Shown here: in pieces, positions 37,654 to 46,049 of the stretch | Layout: the number at the start of each line of letters is the position of its first letter | Numbering within the stretch: position 1 is the first letter of the stretch | Assembly: GCF_001194135.2 (NCBI RefSeq) | Contig: NC_068981.1 | Coordinates: 33,240,400-33,293,062, forward strand | From: Octopus bimaculoides | Lineage: Eukaryota | Length of the DNA: 52,663 nucleotides | Direction: 5' to 3' | Notes under the pieces: generated by a model | The model's database searches: none | What the model saw: the letters and a program-made list of their open reading frames with translations, nothing else | Told to the model about the DNA's origin: nothing | Translations under genes and position numbers: made by a program

Positions 37654-38773
37654 CATATATATATATATATATANNNNNNNNNNNNNNNNNNNNNNNNNNN
37701 NNNNNNNNNNNNNNNNNNNNNNNNNNNNNNNNNNNNNNNNNNNNNNNNNNNNNNNNNNNNNNNNNNNNNNNNNNNNNNNNNNNNNNNNNNNNNNNNNNNN
37801 NNNNNNNNNNNNNNNNNNNNNNNNNNNNNNNNNNNNNNNNNNNNNNNNNNNNNNNNNNNNNNNNNNNNNNNNNNNNNNNNNNNNNNNNNNNNNNNNNNNN
37901 NNNNNNNNNNNNNNNNNNNNNNNNNNNNNNNNNNNNNNNNNNNNNNNNNNNNNNNNNNNNNNNNNNNNNNNNNNNNNNNNNNNNNNNNNNNNNNNNNNNN
38001 NNNNNNNNNNNNNNNNNNNNNNNNNNNNNNNNNNNNNNNNNNNNNNNNNNNNNNNNNNNNNNNNNNNNNNNNNNNNNNNNNNNNNNNNNNNNNNNNNNNN
38101 NNNNNNNNNNNNNNNNNNNNNNNNNNNNNNNNCCGTGCTAGTGGCCTGCAAATAGTACCATTTGAGCGTGATCGTTACCAGCGTCGCCTTACTGGTACTT
38201 GTGCCGGTGGCATGTTAGAAAATCATTCGAGTGAGGTCGTTGCCAATGCTGCTGGACTGGCTCCTGTGCAGGTGGCACGTAAAAAACATGATTTTGAACA
38301 TGTCTGTTACCAGTACCATGTGACTGGCCCACGTGCCGGTGGCACATAAAAGCACCCACTACACTCTCGGAGTGGTTGGCGTTAGGAAGGGCATCCAGCT
38401 GTAGAAATTCTGCCAGATCAGATTGGAGCCTGGTGCAGCCATCCGGTTCACCAGTCCTCAGTCAAATCGTCCAACCCATGCTAGCATGGGAAGCGGATGT
38501 TAAACGACGATGACGATGATGATGATGATGACATATATACATATATATATATATACATATATATATACACACACACACACATGTATATATATATATATAT
38601 ATATCATCATCATGATGATGATATATATACACATATATATATAGAAACTCTGCCAAATCAGACTGGAGCCTGGTGTTGCCATCCGGTTTCACCAGTCCTC
38701 AGTCAAATCGTCCAACCCAAGCTAGCATGGAAAGCGGACGTTAAACGATGATGATGATGATGATGATATACAC

Positions 38774-38836
<63 letters not shown>

Positions 38837-39024
38837 CACATATATAAATAATCTCTCTTTCAAAATATGTATATACTTATTTTTGCTTTTTACTTCAGAC
38901 ATTCCTGTTCTTTGGATTTTTGATTATGGCATTCATGATAGCATTTATTGTCTCAATGGCTTTTGAGGCTCCAATGATTGGTTTAGAACGTCTCATATTG
39001 GAGTTGGAAAGGAAGAAAAAATAA
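4819..39024 (+). CDS. nrf-6: NRF-6/OACYL-like acyltransferase-3 family multipass membrane protein; 12 coding exons seen, 5' end missing
   Basis: Exons 4819-4915, 8773-8984, 12900-13067, 14612-14705, 15407-15499, 16003-16174, 17368-17447, 24252-24365, 25665-25791, 26717-26903, 35046-35188 and 38899-39024 all have AG/GT boundaries and chain in phase with no stop until TAA 39022-39024. Family motifs: GTLYD, CIHGIRFLSMTWVILGH, SVDTFFLLSGLLV, HRFWRLTPPY, WTWYLSNDMQFY, YVKPYIRIGPYLIG, LSRLTYCAYLVHP, FEAPMIGLE. The symbol is a family-level call, not proven orthology. Confidence 0.9.
5908..6310 (-). mobile_element. RTE-type LINE 3'UTR/tail copy
   Basis: Reverse complement of the TGGTTGGCGTTAGGAAGGGCATCCAGCTGTAGAAAC...ACGTTAAAC(GAT)n tail. 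Further copies at about 3760-3910, 3955-4200, 8308-8510, 9455-9610, 9862-10516, 16960-17225, 38133-38530, 38644-38765, 50960-51180 and 52400-52590. Confidence 0.8.
7631..7860 (-). mobile_element. 3' end and TIR of a Tc1-like element (same family as 11668-12330)
   Basis: TA-AAGGGGTTGGACAAAATAATGGAAACACC terminus. Minus strand encodes ...EWTKIPLETIQTLYESIPRRIQAVIIAKG. 7757-7857 closely matches 11668-11765. Confidence 0.8.
7969..8275 (-). mobile_element. 3' end of an RLE non-LTR retrotransposon (R4/Dong-like)
   Basis: Minus strand reads KIAKYWNLAIKLQRLWKVSIKCIPVVIGALGTIPKDL...LQ (frameshift) KTVLLGTARILRKV, followed by a short UTR and (AAT)n. Confidence 0.8.
8531..8730 (+). mobile_element. SINE family starting AAGGCGGTGAACTGGCAGAATC
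   Basis: Recurrent repeat with copies at about 955-1170, 1985-2130, 9262-9452, 15185-15326, 35361-35535, 39810-39970 and 48070-48205. Confidence 0.7.
8773..8984 (+). CDS. Exon B (IIISIFLLHIFLGTLYD + S/N/T-rich loop)
   Basis: tattatag acceptor, gtaaaa donor. 212 nt bridges phase 2 to phase 1 exactly. Contains TM1 and GTLYD. This frame is not in the ORF track. Confidence 0.85.
10524..10708. mobile_element. MITE-like element with subterminal GGACAATTACCCC iterons
   Basis: Four to five direct copies on the left and three inverted copies (GGTAATTGTCC) on the right. Confidence 0.55.
11668..12330 (-). mobile_element. Degraded Tc1-like transposase, DD36E spacing
   Basis: FQDDNAPIHTAKVVTEWHGNHSSEVEHLILPSQSPDLNIIEHLW, with 36 residues between D and E. 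The upstream part is frameshifted. Confidence 0.85.
12509..12573 (+). mobile_element. tRNA-like SINE head fused to another SINE body
   Basis: A-box TGGCCCAGTGG (12516), B-box GTTTCGATTCC (12560). Same head as the 22154-22528 element. Confidence 0.7.
12900..13067 (+). CDS. Exon C (DVVSRFLLTFSVYKN...CIHGIRFLSMTWVILGHTYIFGLPVW)
   Basis: tttgcag acceptor, gtaag donor. Carries the AT3 Arg-x10-His motif. Confidence 0.95.
14612..14705 (+). CDS. Exon D (NLIIIQDLSKNFAFQGIANAMVSVDTFFLLS)
   Basis: ttttag acceptor, gtaag donor. VDTFF motif. Confidence 0.95.
15407..15499 (+). CDS. Exon E (GLLVSYGNFKALEKTDGKFGWVYYYIHRFWR)
   Basis: catcag acceptor, gtaag donor. Completes SGLLV and HRxxR. Confidence 0.95.
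16003..16174 (+). CDS. Exon F (LTPPYMLV...CKDTWYFNLLYINNF...GM)
   Basis: Poly-T tract plus cag acceptor, gtaagt donor. Confidence 0.95.
17368..17447 (+). CDS. Exon G (CMSWTWYLSNDMQFYIISPIFILALY)
   Basis: tttag acceptor, gtaagt donor. WYLxxDMQFY motif. Confidence 0.95.
19140..20380 (-). mobile_element. Long-bodied retroposon ending in the shared RTE-type tail
   Basis: Tail at 19140-19480, then a GA-rich body with a diverged internal duplication of about 246 bp. A similar body occurs in the opposite orientation at about 50630-50960. Confidence 0.45.
20467..21825 (-). mobile_element. Probable solo LTR (interrupted by N gap 20796-21473)
   Basis: TG...CA termini. The minus strand shows CCAAT (GACCAATCAC), E-box (GTCACGTGAT), TATATATAG, and AATAAA near the far end. 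CpG-rich relative to its surroundings. Confidence 0.5.
22154..22528 (-). mobile_element. Near full-length tRNA-derived SINE with (CAT)n tail
   Basis: Minus strand GGCGCAATGGCCCAGTGGTTAGGGCAGCGGACTCGCGGTTTCGATTCCCAG head. A fragment of the same body lies at about 50385-50490. Confidence 0.75.
22911..23125. mobile_element. Mariner-derived MITE
   Basis: TIRs AAGGGGCTACTGAAAAGTTCCTGGCTT and revcomp AAAGGGGTACTGAAAAGTTCCTAGCTT. Minus strand retains a transposase C-terminus (LEKLKDHCNKSVNLRGEYV). Confidence 0.7.
23252..23971 (+). mobile_element. 5'-truncated RTE LINE: ORF end plus long 3'UTR
   Basis: LGLTEAMTSDRDLWKYAVHEKTRQAK, followed by about 580 bp of UTR and a (GAT)n tail. Confidence 0.85.
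24252..24365 (+). CDS. Exon H (SEIVGYVLIGLFSLAQLITTGVVSTTEKLPAVMFSQD)
   Basis: ttccag acceptor, gtaagt donor. Phase 2 to phase 2, hydrophobic TM segment. Confidence 0.85.
24590..25379 (-). mobile_element. Internally deleted mariner (DD34D-type) remnant
   Basis: TIR CTAGGTGGCATGAAAAAGTTCCTGGACT plus TA. Minus strand gives IVHQEFVPQGQTVNREFYCGVLKHLRENI, LHDDNAA and HEFLTKNNMVSLPHLPFSQNLAPADF. The left end is approximate. Confidence 0.8.
25665..25791 (+). CDS. Exon I (NISQKYFTDIYVKPYIRIGPYLIGIVYGYLLYKNKSKMRMNR)
   Basis: tttcag acceptor, gtaagt donor. YxKPYxRIGPYLIG motif. Confidence 0.95.
25821..25945 (+). mobile_element. hAT-type MITE end (TAGCGGTTTTCAACC)
   Basis: Resembles CAGTGGTTCTCAAC termini. 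Related ends at about 34700-34749 (GTTAAGAACCACTG) and 36331-36524. Confidence 0.45.
26206..26310. repeat. Minisatellite, 3 x ACTAACAGATAAACAGCCAAACC(AC)n
   Basis: Units start at 26206, 26243 and 26276. Confidence 0.9.
26355..26643 (+). mobile_element. Penelope-like/retrozyme-type repeat with hammerhead motif
   Basis: Pyrimidine-rich body between (CA)n and (TA)n. Contains CTGACGAAGAGCTCCGCTCGAAACGTC. Confidence 0.6.
26515..26549 (+). ncRNA. Minimal type I hammerhead ribozyme motif (intact core)
   Basis: ATTT-CTGACGA-A-GAGC-TCC-GCTC-GAAA-C-GTC-AAAT. Predicted cleavage after C26545. Confidence 0.65.
26717..26903 (+). CDS. Exon J (YICASLW...RSVWGLCVGWVIYACCTGYGG)
   Basis: ttgcag acceptor, gtaag donor. 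RxxWxxxxxWVIxACxxGYGG motif. Confidence 0.95.
26990..27116. mobile_element. 127-bp Tc1/mariner-type MITE with TA TSD
   Basis: 29-bp TIR CAGGGT(A/G)TCCACAA(A/G)GTCTGGGTACATGG with 2 mismatches, flanked by TA on both sides. Confidence 0.9.
28965..29575 (-). mobile_element. RTE LINE 3' fragment spanning a gap
   Basis: RRLRWYGHVVRMEEDSCVKKCHTLTVEGTRGRGRPRKTWAEVVRQDLRTLGLTEAMT (RTE C-terminus), with the tail at 28965-29182. Confidence 0.88.
32727..32826 (-). mobile_element. RLE (R4/Dong-like) C-terminal fragment
   Basis: WHLKVVTIPVIVGALRMIKKATENNLRTNPGLP, next to (ATT)n. Confidence 0.6.
32996..34245 (-). mobile_element. Near full-length (1.25 kb) decayed mariner, DD34D, Hsmar1/cecropia-like
   Basis: TA-flanked TIRs TCAGG(C/T)TGAGTAA. 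Minus strand gives AILLFNFKKGRKAAETA, WVSHDL, IVTCNEKWILY, PHPAYSSNFSPTDYHFFKHLD and WQKCVDCNGTYFD. Multiple stop codons. Confidence 0.9.
35046..35188 (+). CDS. Exon K (YVNTILSWKALIPLSRLTYCAYLVHPVIMYYFYLNQRYSLHLTYILA)
   Basis: tttcag acceptor, gtgagt donor. PLSRLTYCAYLVHP motif. Confidence 0.95.
36628..37022 (-). mobile_element. Abundant tRNA-derived SINE with internal microsatellite
   Basis: Minus strand head GTGCAGGAGTGGCTGTGTGGTAAGAAGCTTGC...GGTTCAGTCCC, then CCTTGGGCAAGTGTCTT. Copies at about 5041-5396, 10885-11262, 12575-12815, 16625-16835, 18121-18342, 27400-27565, 29760-29918 and 32155-32290. Confidence 0.8.
37095..37575 (-). mobile_element. RTE LINE ORF fragment (RT C-terminal region)
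   Basis: SVAARIRLAWAKFRELVPLLVTKG...CVKKCHTLAVEGTCGRGRPRKIWDEVV, with frameshifts. A more decayed + strand copy lies at about 51340-51550. Confidence 0.85.
38899..39024 (+). CDS. Terminal coding exon L (TFLFFGFLIMAFMIAFIVSMAFEAPMIGLERLILELERKKK*)
   Basis: cttcag acceptor, FEAPxxxLE motif, TAA stop at 39022-39024. Confidence 0.92.
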   Translation, partial: TFLFFGFLIMAFMIAFIVSMAFEAPMIGLERLILELERKKK

Positions 39025-39202
39025 AGAGATTGAAGAAGAAAATAATAACTAACAAATGGAAGTGGAACCAAAAAAAAAAAGATTGCAAAATTATGGAACA
39101 AAACACTCTCAGACCATTCGGAATTATTCACTAACCAAAATTAATTCTACAACATGAATTTTACATTTCAAAATTTTCATTATTCACATGTAAAAATTTT
39201 GT

Positions 39203-39266
39203 ATTAAAGTTTATAAAAAGAGGAATATAATTTGAAATACACAACAAAAACAAACAACAAAATAAA
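39203..39266 (+). terminator. Candidate polyadenylation signals (ATTAAA 39203, AATAAA 39261)
   Basis: Hexamers 180-240 nt after the stop. The sequence is AT-rich, so chance occurrence is likely. Confidence 0.3.
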
Positions 39267-41075
39267 AACTATATAGAACACCTTAAGAATCTGTTAATAA
39301 TTTCTTATATAGGCACAAGCAAAGCTGTCTTAACAGTAGAATAGTACATTGAGTAAACCACTGCAGTGAGGTCCCTACATATATATATATACATACAACA
39401 TATGTGGATTAACATTGGGGCACCTAAATGCATGGGTCTCCAATCAGGCAACAGCCCAGTGTGCCCTTGCCTTAAGGTGGCACAGGATACAAGGCCATGA
39501 ATTTGTGATGGAAGAGCTAGTTGATTATATTGATCCCTTTGAATTCGAAGTGAAGTTACAAAAGAGAATTACCAGGATCCTAAGGGGCTTTTTTTTTGTG
39601 CAAGCTAGCCATGTAATCAAGACATGGAGAGTAGGTACGAAAATAACAGAGGGGACAATAGCAAAGTATCTAAAATCATGGATGTTGTTTTGTCATATTA
39701 CAGAAGATACAGAGTGAAAGAAATAGAAATATTGAAAAGCATATAGAACTGACCAAAGAAAACTTTGGATTGACTAAGCAGAAATTATCTCAGTTATCAG
39801 AGGAATGCTGGGAGTTGCATAAGAACATTGGGAAGAACACTGGTACTTGATTCTATTGACCTCAGAAGTGTGTAATGCAAAGTTAACATTGGTAGGTTGT
39901 GAACTCATACTGTATGTAAAGAGCTAAAACAAATACTATAAAGCATTTTGTCTAATGCTTTAACAATTCCACTAATTCAAAATAACAACCTTCAACTGCA
40001 TCCTTTTGCATTCTGCATTCAAATCCCACTAAAGTCAACATAGTTCTTCATCTTTCTAAAAGTTGACTGACATCATACCAAAAATACGTGTCCATTTACC
40101 TAAGTTAGAAATGAAGTGGATAACAATTGTTTTTCCTCAGTCAAAAGATCAAAAGAAAAAAAAAACAAAACAACCTGTATATACTTCAGTTCAAGAAATT
40201 AGTATTTGATTGATTATACTTTGTTTTTTTGACCCTGGAGGGATAAAATGCAAAGTTGATCTTGGCAAGATTTACAATCAAAATGAAGAGTCATAACGAA
40301 TACCGCATAGCTTTTTTTCCTTGCTGTATTTCTTCCACTTCTATGAGGTTAAATCCTGTATGATCCTAGTTAATTACTATTTTATTGATACTAGTGAAAT
40401 TTAGACTCATGCTGGCAATAGTGAGTGCAGTAAATTTGTTATCTGGCAAAATTTGAAATATTTCACACCAAATCTAAGTGACTGATCGTAACACAACACA
40501 ACTCTTTCATTTTCTTGCCTCACTCCTGAAACAATAGTGGTTGGTCCGCCAACCACCATTGTTCCATTTACTCTATGTATAACTAAGTTTTCATGTATTT
40601 TCTTGGATTAAGTCACTCAGAATCTGTGAAGCACTTCTTCCAGATGTTAACACCTTAGACAGTCGTTAGTTTACCTAAAATGTAGTACTGGCCCAGCCTT
40701 CTTTTCTAATAAAAATTGATCACTTCAAAAAAATCAGTAACCTTTTTAAATCACAATATCACCTAATAAGCTCTAGTTGTACAATATGTCTTAATCTTTA
40801 TTTTTGTTTTCCTTAATATGAATATTCGTTCATTATCAACTGTTATATTGTGCTAATTTACTACATTCAAAACTGTACAGTGAATATATCAACTTTATAT
40901 TTTTTCACCATACTCACTCTTTCTCAATGCCCTCCTTCTCTTTCCTTATATTTCCTCATCATCTTTTGTTTTTTCTGAAGATGGACTAATGTCTGAAACA
41001 TCCAGACACTCTATATTCATTTCGAGTATTAAACTAATATCATATTCACCATACTTTGTTGTTTCTGTATTGTTT

Positions 41076-41112
<37 letters not shown>

Positions 41113-41113
<1 letters not shown>

Positions 41114-41333
41114 ATTGCAGCGTGGAAGGTGTTTATAAGCCATTTAAAATAACACACAAAAACCATTAGATTCACTTCAACATTCTCAAAGCGACGAAAA
41201 TATTTTGCCAAATTAAATTTAAATGTTGAAGTGAATCGAACGACTTTTGGCTTATAAACACCTTCCACACTGCAATTGTTTTCGTTCCAGCACACAATCT
41301 CAGATCAGGTCACTTGCTATGCAAGTACATCTC
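41113..41333 (+). mobile_element. Centre-deleted copy of the fold-back element at 42303-42606
   Basis: Outer inverted arms AATTGCAGCGTGGAAGGTGTTTATAAGCCA / TGGCTTATAAACACCTTCCACACTGCAATT plus the same unique 3' tail of about 55 bp. Flanked by (TA)n. Confidence 0.8.
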
Positions 41334-41481
41334 TGCTATATATATATAGATGAAAGGTATTGGTATCTAGAAGACACAAAAAGTGGCAGGTAACGCTAAG
41401 TAAGTGCTGTGGACAGACCGCAGTTAAACTCTTGGTTTGATAGTGATACGAGTGAGGAGTTTAATGTGGGTCTTGTATTAG

Positions 41482-41520
<39 letters not shown>

Positions 41521-42345
41521 CAAAATGAGATAACAAAGCCAAGGCTATGAGATGTTTTCAGGACATTTATACTGTATCTACATATATAAGTAGTTGGTGT
41601 CTTGTTTGTAGTTACCATTGTGTTATATAGATATTTCTTGAGAGACTATACGAAGCCAAGATTAACTTCAATGCATCACAGTCTAATGATGACTTGGCTG
41701 GCTGAAAGTTCAAAATCACTGTCAATAATATTCTTGTTTAAGAATAATAAATTTGTACCCTACAAAAGTATAGAGTAACCCATCGGATTAATGTAAAATT
41801 GTTCTTATTATAACATTAAAACAAGCATTAACACACACACATTTATATATATGTATGTATATATATACATATAGCAAAAATTAAAGTGGAATATGGAAAC
41901 AACAGAAAAGGATAAATAAACATAGATCTTTCATCAGCCATGGAGACCAAAATCTCCATAATTTCAGTGAATTCAAATTCCATGGTACAACTCCTCTGGT
42001 TGTGCCTGTGATAGTGATTGTACAAAGACAAGGACTAAGAATGTAGAAGGCAACAACACACAAGTGAGAGAGAAGATTATGGACAAATACAATGCAATAA
42101 CACAAGATATACATACATGCAAACACACATACATATAAATGTAGCAGTATACAAGACATAGAAAAACAACTCTCACCAAGTAACTGCAAGTATGTGTGTG
42201 TGTATTGCAAACACATATCATAGAGTATTATATAAAAAGAAACAAAATATAAAGAATATAATAGAAATAGATATTACTTTTTTAAAGAACACTTTTAGTT
42301 ATCACACACAAAAACCGTTAGATTCACTTCAACATTTAAATTTAA

Positions 42346-42396
42346 TTTGTCAAAATATTTTCGTTGCTTTGAGACCGCGACCTGTTCACTGACAAA
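42346..42396 (-). ncRNA. Mirror hammerhead-like motif with G3:C8 core (one stem II mismatch)
   Basis: Minus strand TTTGTCA-GTGAACA-G-GTCGC-GGTCTCAAA-GCAAC-GAAA-ATAT-TT-TGACAAA. Confidence 0.45.
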
Positions 42397-42418
42397 ATTC
42401 CGTGCTGCATCTCGGAAT

Positions 42419-42469
42419 TTTGTCAGTGAACAGGTCGTGGTTTCAAAGCGACGAAAATATTTTGACAAA
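42419..42469 (+). ncRNA. Hammerhead-like motif with G3:C8 core variant
   Basis: TTTGTCA-GTGAACA-G-GTCGT-GGTTTCAAA-GCGAC-GAAA-ATAT-TT-TGACAAA. Confidence 0.5.
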
Positions 42470-45400
42470 TTAAATTTAAATGTTGAAGTGAATCTAACGG
42501 TTTTTGTGTGTTATTTTAAATGGCTTATAAACACCTTCCACACTGCAATTGTTTTCGTTCCAGCACACGATCTCAGATCAGGTCACTTGCTATACAAGTA
42601 CATCTCCATAAACTTTTAGTTACGAGTTATTCTTATTGGAGTTTAATCTCACACTTCATATTGCTGCTCAACCACTCAGGTAATTAGACATGATTGAAGG
42701 CATTCGTCACGACTAATCCATCTAGTGCAGTTTTTTTTTTTTTGGTTGGGAGGAAACAATTCTTCACATTTTGAAAGAAAATACTAAAATCCAAATATAT
42801 ATTTTATTTACTTCCTTGTTTCTTTTTTTTTTTTTCAATATTAAACAAAATCAAAAAGAACAAAAAGACATTATTTAGAGGTAAATTTTTTTAATTTTGT
42901 TTTAAAGATTTTCTACAGCCATAAATATCTTCTTTATAAATAGTCCAAATATATTCAAAGAAGATTTACCTGAAATTGTGATACCAATGTGTTCATATTT
43001 TTGTGTGTATGAATCTGTTAGTATTTCGATTTATGTGTCTGTTTGTGTTCGTCTGAGTATGAATTGGTTTGTATTTGTGCATGTGAGTCTATGTTTGTGT
43101 TTGAAAATATTTCATTTTAAGAACTGCACATCAAGATTAACCATAAACCTTACACAGCCCATACAAGATGAGAAGTAAACTCACAACCTTTCCTCATCTG
43201 CAAGAAGCTACAATATCTATGTTTAAGTTTGTTGATGCATTAAAAAACTTCTTGTGTGAATGTGTCTGTATGTACATGTTCGTGTGAGTTATATATATGT
43301 GTGTGTATGTGTAAATATGTATGTGTGTCATTAATGTTTGTATCTATCTATTATCAAAAAAGTGGTATGAGTGTAATGACTTGATAATACATTAATGGCA
43401 ATTGAAGACGTATCAATGTAACCATCATTATACCTTTATGGCAATCAAATTAATATACATGAGGTCATTAAGGTTGTATTGCTCTAACAATCTTTATAAG
43501 AATCATGCTAAACATATGGGCATTTGTTTGACCATTTTATTACCTCTATGATAACTAAAGGTATATCAGTATTAATACATTAACAATATAACCAAAAGTG
43601 TATCCAAATAGCCATTTGATATATTCATGGCAACCAAAGATGTAGCAGAATAGGTGTCATATTATGTGTGGTAATAAAAAATTTATTGGTGTAAACACAT
43701 CTGTCATAACCAATATCAGTGTGTTGGGTAAATGTATTAATAGTTAATGTCATAACAAAAGATGCTTTATTATAAACATCTAAATACATTGTGATAACCA
43801 AAATTATATAAAGGCAATCATTCTATGGCTACTTCAACCAGACCTTGTCCTGATAACAAAGAATGACTGATGCCATAAAATGTGTATTTCATATTTCTTT
43901 TGTTTTCTTTCTTCTTTTTCTTATTAACAGAGTAATTATATTTCCCAGTGTCACATGAGTGACAATAATTTCATTAAAATGGTTTCTACATAGTAAAAGA
44001 CCTGTCAACAGAACAAGATGCTGTCAAGCTATGAAGATTCAAACTTCAGTAGCATAGCATAATGACTAAAAAATGAAAGATTCAGCAAGGTGATGGATTT
44101 AAATTTGAAAACAATAATTTAAAAAAAAAATGAAAAATAAAAAATGTATAAAATGTGAAACTGCAATTATATGAAGAGAAAAAAAATGACTATTTGTTGA
44201 TAGTCATTGTATAAGGGTCATGGTCCAAGTGAGAGAGAATAAATGCTTAAAATCGTTGTTTTGTTACATAAAAAGATATCTAGCCATATAAAATTATTAC
44301 ATAGAGTTGTTCTGAAATTTACTTGTTTATTGTAAACAACAGATAGGCATAAAGAATATTTGCATAGGTTAACCAATTCAAATGAAAATAGATCAAGATA
44401 GGAACCAGTGCAAAAAAAAAAAACCTGTTTGAAAAATTGTTCATGTGAAGAGAAAAGCTGTGTAGAGATTTATCAAAGTGAAGAATATTTTTCATGCAAT
44501 TGGTTAAGTGATATTTCAACTGTAATCCCCTGAAATGACTAAGGTGTCCCTTATAAGGTGTAAAGTTTTGCAAAACATAACTATACCACAACGTTGTTTG
44601 TTGAGGACTATGTCAAACATTATTTTTTCTATGATTGGCAAGCTCTGCAGAAAGACTCATAGCAAAAATTTGGATTAATGATCTAGAAGACAGTTTGTAA
44701 CGTTCAATTTTTACATACACTCTATCTTATAATATCAGTGTGCTTATTTGTTATTACTTTGAAGGCCATTTTTTAAATATTTATATATAAGTTGTGTCAG
44801 CTATTATTTACTTGAGATTTTTTAAAGTATTATTATAACTATAAGCATCATCCTTTAACATGTAGCCATTAAGATAATAATGAGCAAATTCACCCATAGA
44901 TATTTTTTTTTAAATGGGAATAATTTTAAGAATATTATTCCTATAAAGTTTAAGCTGTTTACCACAAAGAATGTGTTTATTATTTCTTCTAACCTACTTA
45001 TTTAGATAAACTGATGGTTTATATGTGGAAAATTATATGAGTTTTGACATATTTAGCCAAATATATTTTTAATAAAACATCTGAGATTAGACTGGAATAT
45101 CTACATGATTGCATTTTGTAAATTATTCAAAAAATTAACTTCAAAATTAGACAGAAATTAATATGGTTAAAAAATAAAATAATCAAAAACTAACATTTGC
45201 TTCATTTTATGAATTAAATAGCTGAAGATTTGATTTCAAAATAAAATGGAATAAACATTTATGCTGCAATCAAACATAAAAGATTTTCCTTAAATATAAT
45301 TAAATAATCAATATTGGAAACAAAATCAGATTTTCAATACTTAAACTATTTTATTATTGTCTTATTAATTAAAATTTCTTTAAAAAAAATTAGTTCAGTT

Positions 45401-45984
45401 ATCTTATGGCTACAACTCTGTTTAGTTCTACCTACATATAATAACAGCTAGAGTTTAAGGCCACTGCTGTTGAATGTAGATTAAAACTTTTCTTACAAAC
45501 TACATACCTGTGATTAAATTTCAAATAATTACTATGAATATTTGGTTTCAGCACAGTTCATACTTCCACAGATTTTATCAAACAAACAACAAATGTAAAT
45601 GTTATATTTCAAAGTAAAAATTGCGAAAAGCAATACTTTATATTAATTTCAAAACTATTATCTAGTTATTTATTTGATTATCTAATCATTAAGTAAAATT
45701 AGTTGTCCTAAAGAAATAGAAAATAAAATCAAAAACCTTATCTTCAATTTCAAACAAATCATTAGTTCCTCACTAATTATAATAGGTATGACTAATATAT
45801 CTTATATATGTAAATAGCACCATATAGACAAATATTATGTTTGATTAAATGGAATTATCACTTAAATATTAATTATATTATCTAATATATGCACCTAAAA
45901 TTAATTATAGAACAATATGTTTTGTTTAAGCTACTAATATGAGATTAATTTTTTGCCTCAATTATAACAACCAATACAACATTG

Positions 45985-45999
45985 TATCTATATATATAC

Positions 46000-46049
<50 letters not shown>

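Larger units (their letters stand above)
42303..42606. mobile_element. Fold-back element: 98-bp inverted arms, 10-nt loop, unique tail
   Basis: 42305-42402 is the reverse complement of 42413-42510 with 3 mismatches. Confidence 0.9.

Noticed and set aside
43184-43196. Possible 13-nt minus-strand microexon (cttgcag/ATGAGGAAAGGTT/gtgagt)
   Set aside because: No neighbouring exons or recognisable protein to support it; such signals occur by chance.
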